Origin: a virus
Taxonomy: Duplodnaviria; Heunggongvirae; Uroviricota; Caudoviricetes
Direction: 5' to 3' (one strand)
Length of the DNA stretch: 64,000 nucleotides
IMG/VR virus record: IMGVR_UViG_3300031884_000008
Both the position numbers and the translations under genes were made by a program. Positions 40,848 to 49,129 of this stretch are shown here, one piece after another (the stretch's first letter is position 1; each line of letters starts with the position of its first letter). A model generated the notes under the pieces. It was not told the origin of the DNA, made no database searches, and worked only from the letters and a program-made list of their open reading frames with translations.

Positions 40848-42311
40848 ATGAATAATGATCCAAATGAATTAATAAATTTTGCCCGCCGGTCACTTTTAGG
40901 CACGAGTATGGGATTGGGTGTGATAGCCGGCGCCGAATTATTAGGTGCTACCAAATCACAAGCAGCCAGTGCTGCACCTTCCAGCGAGACTGGCCCAGAT
41001 TTAGGTAAGTTAACTACAGGTCAATTTCCAGCAAGAGCAAAGCGTGTAATTGACATTCACATGAAAGGAGCAGTATCCCAAATTGATACTTTTGATTATA
41101 AGCCAGAAGTTATCAAGCGCCATGGGCAAGAAATTCCACCTTCTGTAAAGGGTCATGGCAAAATATCATCAATGTCTAATGGACAAACTTCTTTCCCTCT
41201 TATGGGTCCTATTGCTCCATATAAACAATATGGTCAATGTGGTCGTTGGGTTTCAGACCTAATGCCACATATAGGGTCTATATCAGATGATCTAACCTTC
41301 ATTCATTCTATATGGACTCCCCAAGTTAATCACGATCCAGCAGACATTCTCATGCATACTGGGTTTCAATTAGCGGGCCGCCCTGCCGCTGGAGCATGGG
41401 TTAATTATGCATTAGGGACTGATAACTCTAATCTCCCTTCATATGTAGTCATGAAATCTCAGTTCCAATCAGCAGGGGTTGGCGCTACTCAGGCTACTTG
41501 GTCAGCAGGATTTTTGCCCTCTAATCACCAAGGTGTTGAATTTCGTTCTGGTAATTCTCCTGTTCTTTATGTAAGCAATCCAGATGGCATTAGTCGTGAA
41601 GAACGAAGAAGTCAAATTGATCTTATCGGTGAATTATCGCGCTATCAGTATCAGACGACCGATGACCCAGAAGTCTTAGCCAAAATTGCTCAATATGAAA
41701 TGGCATATCGTATGCAAGATTCTGTACCTGAGGTAACTGATCTATCTGATGAACCACAATATATACTCGATATGTATGGTCCTCAGGTTCATCAACCAGG
41801 TAGCTTTGCTCGCAATTGCCTATTAACACGTCGTCTTATTGAACGCGGTGTTAAGTATGTCAACCTAATTCAAGTTGGATGGGATCACCATAATGGTATT
41901 GCCCGCCGACATCCTAGTGACTGTTGGGCAGTAGATCAGCCATCTGCTGCTTTGGTGACGGATTTAAAGCAGCGAGGACTTCTAGATGATACTCTTGTAA
42001 CTTGGAAGGGTGAATTCGGTAGAACTGTATACGCGCAAGGAGGAATAAATCCAAACTGCGGGCGTGACCATCACGGAGGAAACTTTACGATGTGGATGGC
42101 CGGAGGCGGAACAAAACCTGGCATCGAATACGGCAAATCAGATGATTTCTCTTATAATGTTGTGGAAAATCCAGTAGAAGTTCACGATTTAAATGCTACT
42201 GTGTTATATCTTTTAGGAATTGATCACAAACAACTTACATACCATTATCAAGGTAGAGATTTCCGTTTAACTGATACTGCAGGTAAAGTAGTTCAAGGAA
42301 TAATTGCTTAA
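40848..42311 (+). CDS. DUF1501 (sulfatase-like) protein with Tat signal, canonical partner of DUF1549/DUF1553 proteins
   Basis: RRSLLG twin-arginine motif; DIHMKGAVSQIDTFDYKPE...GRDHHGGNFTMWMAGGG. Confidence 0.7.
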   Translation: MNNDPNELINFARRSLLGTSMGLGVIAGAELLGATKSQAASAAPSSETGPDLGKLTTGQFPARAKRVIDIHMKGAVSQIDTFDYKPEVIKRHGQEIPPSVKGHGKISSMSNGQTSFPLMGPIAPYKQYGQCGRWVSDLMPHIGSISDDLTFIHSIWTPQVNHDPADILMHTGFQLAGRPAAGAWVNYALGTDNSNLPSYVVMKSQFQSAGVGATQATWSAGFLPSNHQGVEFRSGNSPVLYVSNPDGISREERRSQIDLIGELSRYQYQTTDDPEVLAKIAQYEMAYRMQDSVPEVTDLSDEPQYILDMYGPQVHQPGSFARNCLLTRRLIERGVKYVNLIQVGWDHHNGIARRHPSDCWAVDQPSAALVTDLKQRGLLDDTLVTWKGEFGRTVYAQGGINPNCGRDHHGGNFTMWMAGGGTKPGIEYGKSDDFSYNVVENPVEVHDLNATVLYLLGIDHKQLTYHYQGRDFRLTDTAGKVVQGIIA

Positions 42312-42369
42312 GGCTTGACATTCAGCGTATATTATCGTATTATTCGTTACATAAGAGTTATGCGCGCCT

Positions 42370-42450
42370 GAGGCTGAATGGTTTCACAAGAGTCTCTAAA
42401 GCTCAAGATTGCAGGTTCAAATCCTGTCGGGCCCGCCACTCTTAAAATAT
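42370..42450 (+). pseudogene. tRNA 3'-half remnant (T-arm/acceptor ...GCAGGTTCAAATCCTGTCGGGCCCGCCA) without matching 5' half
   Basis: Canonical T-loop and CCA end seen but no complementary acceptor 5' strand upstream. Confidence 0.35.
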
Positions 42451-42487
42451 ATCTTGACTCCGTATACACCTTATAATAATGTGACTT

Positions 42488-42793
42488 ATGGACATGATCA
42501 CACAAGAACTGAAATCGCTGCACGAGGAATTCACTTCCCGTGTTTTTCAACTGCGTCTGGTTGACGGTGTTCGACGTGATTGGGCAGTTTCTTGGGCTCT
42601 GCTGCAAGATCAAAGTCCCGACTATGCCGAATGCTATGTTCCTCCGATCTTTCCGATTAAAGGACAAGACCTGCTGGAAACTGGTATGAAGCCTGGCAAG
42701 GAAGTTGGTCAACGGCTGCAAGTCATGCGTGATGCTTGGGTTAAATCTCGTTTTACTATGACTAAGGAAGACCTGCTGTCCCATAATAATTGA
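42488..42793 (+). pseudogene. C-terminal remnant of a CCA-adding tRNA nucleotidyltransferase
   Basis: PIKGQDLLETGMKPGKEVGQRLQVMRDAWVKSRFTMTKEDLL resembles the CCA-enzyme C-terminal tail; only ~100 aa; GC ~48%, above neighbours. Confidence 0.4.
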
Positions 42794-42843
42794 CATATAC
42801 TGCATTAAGTTGTAGTATATGTCATTATTATAAAGGAGACATT

Positions 42844-43377
42844 ATGAGTGCTGACCTTCCTACGCTAGTCCCTAGCGTAGTCTTTAAGACTCGGGTTCGT
42901 GACGATAGTATCGAAGGACCCAATCCATATCGCTGGCAAGAAGTAACTTCATTTGACTATTTCGCAGGAAAGCGAGTTGTGCTATTTGCGCTGCCTGGAG
43001 CATTTACCCCTACTTGCTCTACTTACCAACTTCCGGGTTTTGAAAATAACTATCAACAATTTAAGGATTTGGGTATTGACGAAATCTACTGCTTGTCAGT
43101 GAACGATTCGTTCGTCATGAACAAGTGGGCTCAAGACCAAAATCTAAAGAACGTTAAGGTTATTCCGGATGGTTCTGGTGAATTCACTAGCAAGATGAAC
43201 ATGCTTGTTGCTAAGGATAATTTGGGTTTCGGTGTTCGTTCTTGGCGATATGCGGTAATCGTTGACAATGGACGCATTGAAAAGTGGTTTATTGAACCTG
43301 GCATCGAACACAATTGCGATACGGATCCCTACGGTGAATCTTCACCTGAAAACATCCTCGTATATCTGAAAAACTAA
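42844..43377 (+). CDS. peroxiredoxin (Prx5-like, AhpC/TSA family)
   Basis: VLFALPGAFTPTCS peroxidatic Cys motif; AGGAG RBS. Confidence 0.7.
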   Translation: MSADLPTLVPSVVFKTRVRDDSIEGPNPYRWQEVTSFDYFAGKRVVLFALPGAFTPTCSTYQLPGFENNYQQFKDLGIDEIYCLSVNDSFVMNKWAQDQNLKNVKVIPDGSGEFTSKMNMLVAKDNLGFGVRSWRYAVIVDNGRIEKWFIEPGIEHNCDTDPYGESSPENILVYLKN

Positions 43378-43905
43378 CAACCGCGGACAAGCTTCGCATA
43401 AAAAAAGAAGAGGAAACCCGCATCATCTTTCTCTACGGTAGTGCAATACATAAGGCACTAGAGCGCAATGAATTCCAACATACTCCTTTTAAAACTACGA
43501 CAGGAGGATGCGGTAATCCATGGGTAGTGTGTGATATGCTCGATAAGCAGGAAGTTGTATTTGCCCTATTGAAATACGATTTTCGAATCATGACGCCCAA
43601 CGAACCTCTCTACAAAGAATACGATAAACGAGCCAAAACACTAGATTACGATGAAGCAGATTGGATTGATGAAGATGAAGACCTGTAAAATTTTCGTACC
43701 AACCTAGGTTTTCCATCAAATTAATAAGGCAATACGAGAATCGGGAATCAAACACCTGCCGTATCAAAAAAAGTTTGATGGGTACAACATTGAATTTATG
43801 ACTAATGATCATCCTCTAATTTGTTATCTTATTCTTAAATACGACGTGAAATATGAAATATGAAATATGAAATGTCATAAATATACACAGTATGAAAGAT
43901 TCAGT

Positions 43906-44802
43906 ATGTCTGTAGTAATTTTGACCAAAAGAGAAAAGGATTATGAGAATGCTCGTCTCCTAGAAAGTTTTGCCAACCAAGGTATAAACGTACAGTTTGC
44001 CAATCCAGAAAACTTTGATTTAGTTGTTAGGCAAGGTATAGAAACTGGTATAAATTACAATGGATTGACCCTTGAGAAACCCAAACTTTTGTTGACTAGA
44101 ACTGGATCAGGTACAAATGAGTTTGCAAGGGCTTTGATCAGACAGTTTGAAGAAGAAGGAACACCTTGTGTAAATTCCTCTGAGGGAATTGAGATTGCTA
44201 AAGATAAACTTAGAACATCACAATTACTAGTGAGCAATGGAATTCCAATTCCAAATACGATGCTAGTTAGGTTTCCAGTTGAAGTTGATATTGTAGATAG
44301 AAATATTGGTTGGCCTTGCATAGTAAAAGTGATTAGTGGAAGCTATGGTGAAGGTGTATATCTATGTGAAAGAAAAAAAGATTTCAAAAAGCTTATGGAC
44401 TTCACTGATAGTCTAAAAAGTGCAAAAACCTTAATAGTACAAGAATACGTAGGACACCGCCCAGGTGAAGACCTCAGAGTGTTTGTTGTGGGCGGCAAGG
44501 TGATTGGGGCAATGAAACGTATTGCTCCAGTCGGTGACTTCCGTGCTAATATTTCAAATGGTGGTCACGGTGAAACATTTGAGGTCACCGACGAAATTGA
44601 ATACATTGCGAGAGAGACTGCTAGAGTTTGCGGATTGCAAATTGCAGGGATAGACCTCTTGTTTGATGAAAACGGATTTAAAGTTTGTGAAGCAAACTCA
44701 GCTCCAGGCTTTGAGGGCTTCGAACGATATTGCAATATAAATGTAGCAGACCACATCGTAGGATTTGTTAACTTCAAGTTAAACGGGTTAACCCGCAATT
44801 GA
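43906..44802 (+). CDS. RimK-like ATP-grasp ligase (alpha-L-glutamate ligase family)
   Basis: GWPCIVKVISGSYGEGV...IVQEYVGHRPGEDLRVFVVGGKVIGAMKRIAPVGDFRANISNGG aligns with E. coli RimK. Confidence 0.65.
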   Translation: MSVVILTKREKDYENARLLESFANQGINVQFANPENFDLVVRQGIETGINYNGLTLEKPKLLLTRTGSGTNEFARALIRQFEEEGTPCVNSSEGIEIAKDKLRTSQLLVSNGIPIPNTMLVRFPVEVDIVDRNIGWPCIVKVISGSYGEGVYLCERKKDFKKLMDFTDSLKSAKTLIVQEYVGHRPGEDLRVFVVGGKVIGAMKRIAPVGDFRANISNGGHGETFEVTDEIEYIARETARVCGLQIAGIDLLFDENGFKVCEANSAPGFEGFERYCNINVADHIVGFVNFKLNGLTRN

Positions 44803-44825
44803 CACAAGTAAAATAAGGAACTAAA

Positions 44826-45041
44826 ATGTCAAAGATGTATAAGAGTGAGGCTTCTTCTACGAAGGTAGATCACATTCAACCCATTACGGTTGAAAAACAA
44901 ATCGAGCTACTTGAATCAAAGATTCGTAGACTAGCAGAGACAGTAGCTAATGTTCAGTCTGAGTTGGGCCTAATGCAGAGGCATTATCGCCGCCAAAAAA
45001 CTGACATATCTAATTTAAATACTGCTGTTCGCAATAGATAA
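44826..45041 (+). CDS. hypothetical coiled-coil protein
   Basis: 71-aa ORF. Confidence 0.3.
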   Translation: MSKMYKSEASSTKVDHIQPITVEKQIELLESKIRRLAETVANVQSELGLMQRHYRRQKTDISNLNTAVRNR

Positions 45042-45137
45042 ATAAATTTGTAGCATGGTGCTTGCTCCTTGATAGCGTTAGAGTAGTTGGGATATTGTCG
45101 AGACATCCGTGAACTACATTTTTATTTATCTTTGTTA

Positions 45138-45166
45138 TTGACAATGGTTTGATGCTACTATATTAT
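45138..45166 (+). promoter_or_regulatory. sigma70-type promoter (TTGACA-N17-TATTAT) reading into the GC-rich island
   Basis: ttgTTGACAatggtttgatgctactaTATTATag. Confidence 0.5.
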
Positions 45167-45258
45167 AGATATGTCAATCAGACATTTATGATGGAGAAAA
45201 GCTATTTCATTTTATTTAAAATCGGGCACGAATTGGCGCGTTACTTCTAAGGATGCGA

Positions 45259-45339
45259 TGGATTTGCATGAGCATCTTCCAGCAGGCAACTACACGGTTG
45301 GTCAGGACATGCAAGGTAATTACGGGCTGGGCTGGTAAA
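45259..45339 (+). pseudogene. 27-codon ORF at the left edge of the GC-rich island (possible truncated toxin remnant)
   Basis: MDLHEHLPAGNYTVGQDMQGNYGLGW; begins where GC content jumps. Confidence 0.25.
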
Positions 45340-45344
45340 AGAAA

Positions 45345-45803
45345 ATGAACACTACGACGACATGCACGGAATGTGGCAATGGCCACTATGAGGAGTACAT
45401 CCTCCCGGAGCACCTGGAGGATGTCGGCGGAATTGAGGTGTGCCTGAAAAACACCGTCCACGTGCGTCGCTGCGCTGGATGTGCGGACGAGATGACCATG
45501 ATCCCGGACATGCGGGGTCTAGTGCGGACGGTGGCTGTGGCTCGTTGCCTGCTGCCGATCAAACTGAACGCGGGTGATATGCGTCTGCTGCGCCGTGCTT
45601 TGGACATGACGCAAAAGGAATTTGCCGAGACGATGGGTATCACGGCTGAGACAGCCTCTCGTTGGGAGAAGGATGGGGGAAAGGGTGTGGGTGACTATTC
45701 GGATCATCTTGTCCGCCACAACGCCTGCGCCCTGCTGGCTGCCGATGCCCCGGGTGAAGGAAAAGATCAACTACGACTATACTGCCCTGCTTTAGGAAAA
45801 TAA
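45345..45803 (+). CDS. MqsA-like antitoxin (N-terminal CxxC...CxxC zinc ribbon + C-terminal HTH-XRE)
   Basis: CTECGNG...CAGCADE zinc ribbon; MTQKEFAETMGITAETASRWE HTH; island GC ~55% vs ~38% flanks. Confidence 0.55.
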   Translation: MNTTTTCTECGNGHYEEYILPEHLEDVGGIEVCLKNTVHVRRCAGCADEMTMIPDMRGLVRTVAVARCLLPIKLNAGDMRLLRRALDMTQKEFAETMGITAETASRWEKDGGKGVGDYSDHLVRHNACALLAADAPGEGKDQLRLYCPALGK

Positions 45804-46279
45804 TGACTCGAAATTGGATTGATGACGTAAAGGGTACTATTCCGGAATATGCGGAATCTGTGGCTGAAACGCTACAATACTCCATAGATGATGCGGTAGC
45901 ACAGTTAGATGAAATAACTGTTCACGGTTGTGCTCTTGCTGCTGCTACCGCAACTGCTAATGGTGGTTTGGCATTTGAAATTTCTATGAATGGTCCACTT
46001 TTCGGATCCGACGAAAGAGAAATAGCAAAGAAAGTAGCAGTGCTTCTAGTTATGGAAGCGACATGCATGTCATATCCTCAATATACTGGTGGATTGACCA
46101 ATGATTGGAATCAACCAAATCACAACGCATATGCTTTTGCAGCAGCCATCGCTATGCAGCACGAAAAATTAATCAATTATTATTCGAGTCTGCTAACAAA
46201 CGGCGGCATAAATGTTAAGGCAAAATCAGCAATTGTGAAAATTGCTGCTGCGATAGCCGCTATTGGTAAGATTACTTAA
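45803..46279 (+). CDS. hypothetical protein, Ala-rich C-terminus
   Basis: TAATG overlap with preceding gene. Confidence 0.4.
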   Translation: MTRNWIDDVKGTIPEYAESVAETLQYSIDDAVAQLDEITVHGCALAAATATANGGLAFEISMNGPLFGSDEREIAKKVAVLLVMEATCMSYPQYTGGLTNDWNQPNHNAYAFAAAIAMQHEKLINYYSSLLTNGGINVKAKSAIVKIAAAIAAIGKIT

Positions 46280-46841
46280 TACCGATTAGCATAAAACGAT
46301 TATACCCTCCGTCGGAGTATCTAATTTCTTTCGTCCCCGAAAAAAGATACTTTGATAGAGGGTATTTTTTTGTTAAGGCATCTAATGACTCATTAGGATT
46401 GACGCACTTCCAAATATCATCATTGTCAATGGTTACATCACTAGATTGAATACATACAAGTTTTCCGTAATCCAAATTTTCAAACCATTCATTTGTGGAC
46501 ATATGTTCAGGTGAACAGTTGACAACAATATCGAAAGAAGCTAAATCATACGTACTGGCGTCAGCAATGATGTTAGTGACAGTCGAGTCGATACACCAAG
46601 CATCGGTGATTCTGTCTGCAATAGGCTTCGTGCTTGCATCTATATCAATGCCCAAAATATGTTGATATAAATTAGGATTGCGTGTAAGAAGCATAAATGA
46701 TAGTACGTTGTACCAACTACCTAAGATAGCAACTTTTGCGCTTTTAGGGACGTAGGGTTCAAGTTCATTGCAGAGCCAAAGTTTACTTTGAATCTGTCCG
46801 TGAGAAAATGCATCGAAATTCATAATCGTATTTATATGCAA
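46272..46841 (-). CDS. hypothetical protein (possible Rossmann-fold methyltransferase-like)
   Basis: KVAILGSWYN...ILGIDID weakly resembles MTase motifs I/II. Confidence 0.35.
   Translation of the reverse strand: MHINTIMNFDAFSHGQIQSKLWLCNELEPYVPKSAKVAILGSWYNVLSFMLLTRNPNLYQHILGIDIDASTKPIADRITDAWCIDSTVTNIIADASTYDLASFDIVVNCSPEHMSTNEWFENLDYGKLVCIQSSDVTIDNDDIWKCVNPNESLDALTKKYPLSKYLFSGTKEIRYSDGGYNRFMLIGIK
46302..46371. terminator. bidirectional terminator between convergent genes
   Basis: ATACCCTC...GAGGGTAT long imperfect hairpin followed by T7. Confidence 0.55.
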
Positions 46842-46848
46842 AAAAGGC

Positions 46849-46877
46849 TTGACAACTGTTTTTAGAAGATGTATAAA
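46849..46877 (+). promoter_or_regulatory. near-consensus sigma70 promoter TTGACA-N17-TATAAAT
   Basis: gcTTGACAactgtttttagaagatgTATAAATaag. Confidence 0.55.
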
Positions 46878-47138
46878 TAAGACTGTAGAGTTGATTGAAA
46901 CGAAAGTTTGAAAAAACCGAAGTTAAAATTAACGTATTATTAACCAGGACTAAATAAGTTTAATATGAACAACACTTGTAACATATCGATGAAGCAGCAT
47001 AACCAACTCTGGGGCCAATTAGCCTCATTGTGCGTCGTTGCGGATGCGGTATACCCTACAAGCATTCGCGGTACCTTTAATCTAAGAGAAGGGTTCCGGG
47101 ATTAGATAAACAGTTCATATAAAACTAGTTTATTTGGT

Positions 47139-47170
47139 CCCTGGGAATCGAAAGATTTTCAGGGTTTTTT
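47139..47170 (+). terminator. rho-independent terminator
   Basis: CCCTG-ggaatcgaaagattttc-CAGGG followed by T6. Confidence 0.65.
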
Positions 47171-47519
47171 ATTAGTTGGAGGCAAGAATCTCTGACAGTT
47201 AGGATGAAAGACCTAACACAAGTGCAAGTCGGAACGAGGCTGCAAAGCACTTTAAAAAATGAACGGGCGGTGTTAGGGATGAAATCTGCGGAGGTAACGC
47301 AGAAAGTAAAAACTTTCAGTGAAGGGCATTGTGACCCTTCGCAAGTGGGGCAGTCCGAAATGCTGGACAACATATCCTCGCTTGTCAATAAAAAGCTAAC
47401 TATTATTATATGAAAACATAGGACTTAAACACAGTCACTGGGCTACGAACCTCGTTGAAGCAACACGTCAATGTGTTTTCTTATAATCATAGTATTCGTA
47501 TATAAATATCAAGTATTAT

Positions 47520-47593
47520 TGTCCCTTCGTCTAATGGTAAGACATCCGTTTTTGGTGCGGATTATCGAGGTTCGAGTCCTTGGGGGACAGCCA
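47520..47593 (+). tRNA. tRNA-Gln(UUG)
   Basis: Cloverleaf by eye; anticodon loop TTTTGGT; CCA encoded; TATAAATA 13 nt upstream. Confidence 0.7.
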
Positions 47594-47637
47594 AATTATA
47601 TGCCGTGTTAGCTCATACAACATACCTATTAATAGGC

Positions 47638-47644
47638 ATAAATA
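47638..47644 (+). promoter_or_regulatory. late-promoter-like ATAAATA box
   Basis: gcATAAATAactgagctaggacaaagcttATG. Confidence 0.4.
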
Positions 47645-47664
47645 ACTGAGCTAGGACAAAGCTT

Positions 47665-48162
47665 ATGCACGTATGTCACTGCGGTAAAGAGTTTGAAACG
47701 TTCCGTCAATTGAATGGACATAAAAGTGTTCATCGGGAAGGCGGAAGATACTCTATTAGTAGAGGTAGAGCCCGAACAAATATACCTTCGTGTTTGAAAT
47801 GCGAGAAACAATGTGGCGTCAAGCAAAAGTTTTGTTCTAATAAATGTCAAGCAGAATACCAGTCTGCTGAAAAAATTAAAAATTGGTTGATAACCGGTGC
47901 ATTTGATAGCATGGGTTTTCCGGCATGGGCGCGCCGAACTTTAATAGCGTTGCATGGAGCCAAATGTCAGTGGTGTAAATTAGAGCAATGGAACGATCTC
48001 CCAATCACACTAGAATGTGATCATTCAGATGGTAATCCTAATAACAATCATATAGATAATTTAAGGTTGCTTTGTCCAAACTGTCATAGTCAAACTGATT
48101 CCTTTAAAGGAAAAAACAGGGGAAATGGTCGAACGCACCGGTACAAAAATAAGCCGACGTAG
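47665..48162 (+). CDS. HNH endonuclease with N-terminal C2H2-like zinc finger (paralog of 55811)
   Basis: CHCGKEFETFRQLNGHKSVH; ITLECDHSDGNPNNNHIDNLRLLCPNCH; stop overlaps tRNA-Thr start. Confidence 0.65.
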   Translation: MHVCHCGKEFETFRQLNGHKSVHREGGRYSISRGRARTNIPSCLKCEKQCGVKQKFCSNKCQAEYQSAEKIKNWLITGAFDSMGFPAWARRTLIALHGAKCQWCKLEQWNDLPITLECDHSDGNPNNNHIDNLRLLCPNCHSQTDSFKGKNRGNGRTHRYKNKPT

Positions 48163-48227
48163 CACAGTGGTAGTGCGCAGTCTTGGTAAGACTGAGGTCA
48201 AGGGTTCAATCCCCTTCGTCGGCACCA
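48153..48227 (+). tRNA. tRNA-Thr(GGU)
   Basis: Anticodon loop TTGGTAA; CCA encoded. Confidence 0.75.
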
Positions 48228-48233
48228 TATTAC

Positions 48234-48310
48234 GGATCCTTAGCTCAGCGGACTAGAGCATCGCGCTTCGGACGCGAGGGTCGGCAGTTCAAATCTGTCA
48301 GGATTCGCCA
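48234..48310 (+). tRNA. tRNA-Arg(UCG)
   Basis: Anticodon loop CTTCGGA. Confidence 0.75.
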
Positions 48311-48330
48311 AATATAGCATATTAAAGTAT

Positions 48331-48408
48331 GCAGTCATAGCTCAACGGATGAGAGCATCAGACTACGAATCTGAGGGTTGGGGGTTCGAATCCCTCTGAT
48401 TGCGCCAT
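48331..48408 (+). tRNA. tRNA-Arg(ACG)
   Basis: Anticodon loop CTACGAA. Confidence 0.7.
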
Positions 48409-48418
48409 TTATAGTATT

Positions 48419-48530
48419 GGTCCTAGGTGGTTTTCCTTGGTGGGAAAGGGTGTGACGTTCGAATCGTCTCTATAGGACTTGGGTGCCCCAAAAGCGGTTT
48501 GATTCCGCTAGCCAATACGACTTTATCATG
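48419..48530 (+). ncRNA. tRNA-like element(s) with T-arms (GACGTTCGAATCGTC; AGCGGTTTGATTCCGCT) that do not fold into one canonical cloverleaf
   Basis: Two T-loop consensus segments, stem-triloop TTGGG-TGC-CCCAA; acceptor pairing imperfect. Confidence 0.25.
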
Positions 48531-48549
48531 CGCACTTCGTACAATAGTA

Positions 48550-48622
48550 GTACCGCTGTCTCCAAAGCAGCAGACGTGGGTTCGATTCCAATTAGACCCA
48601 CCAAATTGCGCATTGCACACCA
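48550..48622 (+). pseudogene. degenerate tRNA-Trp(CCA)-like copy (good D and anticodon arms, disrupted T-stem/acceptor)
   Basis: GTACAATAGTAGTAC D-arm; GCTGT-CTCCAAA-GCAGC anticodon arm; T-stem 3' strand does not pair. Confidence 0.3.
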
Positions 48623-48690
48623 AAGTTTATGCCCCGACTATCAACTCACTTAGGTGATTATATAATTAGGATTGAGGGCCACCATAATAC

Positions 48691-48777
48691 GGAGTGGGTA
48701 AGCAGATAGGATCTGTCTTCGCTTGGAAAGCGAAAGGTACCTTACGGGTATAGAGTTCGAATCTCTAACGCTCCGCC
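48691..48777 (+). tRNA. tRNA-Ser(GGA), class II
   Basis: Anticodon loop TTGGAAA; long variable arm. Confidence 0.7.
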
Positions 48778-48931
48778 ATAAGTTTATGCCCCTATCACGT
48801 ATGTTTGGTATCCAACACCGAAAGTAATCGAGAGAAAGATAGAGTAGGGGCGACAGTTTATCGTCAGGTCCCGCAGCGGTAGCAGTTTACTAGTGACTGC
48901 CGGAGAGAAAATTTCCTGACGGCCAAATTAT

Positions 48932-49020
48932 CAGGGTATAGCTCAGCCAGGTCGGAGCGCTCGTTTTGGAAACGAGAGGCGGAATCGTTCACGCAGGTTC
49001 GAATCCTGCTACCCTGACCA
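48932..49020 (+). tRNA. class-II (16-nt variable arm) tRNA with anticodon UGG (Pro), discriminator A73
   Basis: CTCGT-TTTGGAA-ACGAG perfect anticodon arm; var arm AGGCGGAATCGTTCAC; perfect T-arm and acceptor. Confidence 0.5.
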
Positions 49021-49029
49021 TTTAACTAC

Positions 49030-49121
49030 GGAGAGTTGACCGAGCGGCCGAAGGTGGCGGTCTCGAAAACCGACGTACTTAGAAATAAGTACCGGGGGTT
49101 CAAATCCCTCACTCTCCGCCA
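49030..49121 (+). tRNA. tRNA-Ser(CGA), class II
   Basis: Near-identical in architecture to E. coli tRNA-Ser(CGA): GGTCTCGAAAACC. Confidence 0.7.
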
Positions 49122-49129
49122 AATTTAAT

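Noticed and set aside
42347-42805. 152-aa minus-strand ORF
   Set aside because: It is antisense to the CCA-enzyme remnant and tRNA fragment, with no RBS.
45216-45885. Several overlapping ORFs in all frames across the GC-rich island
   Set aside because: This is the high-GC open-frame artefact. Only the + frame encoding the zinc-ribbon/HTH protein has recognisable motifs.
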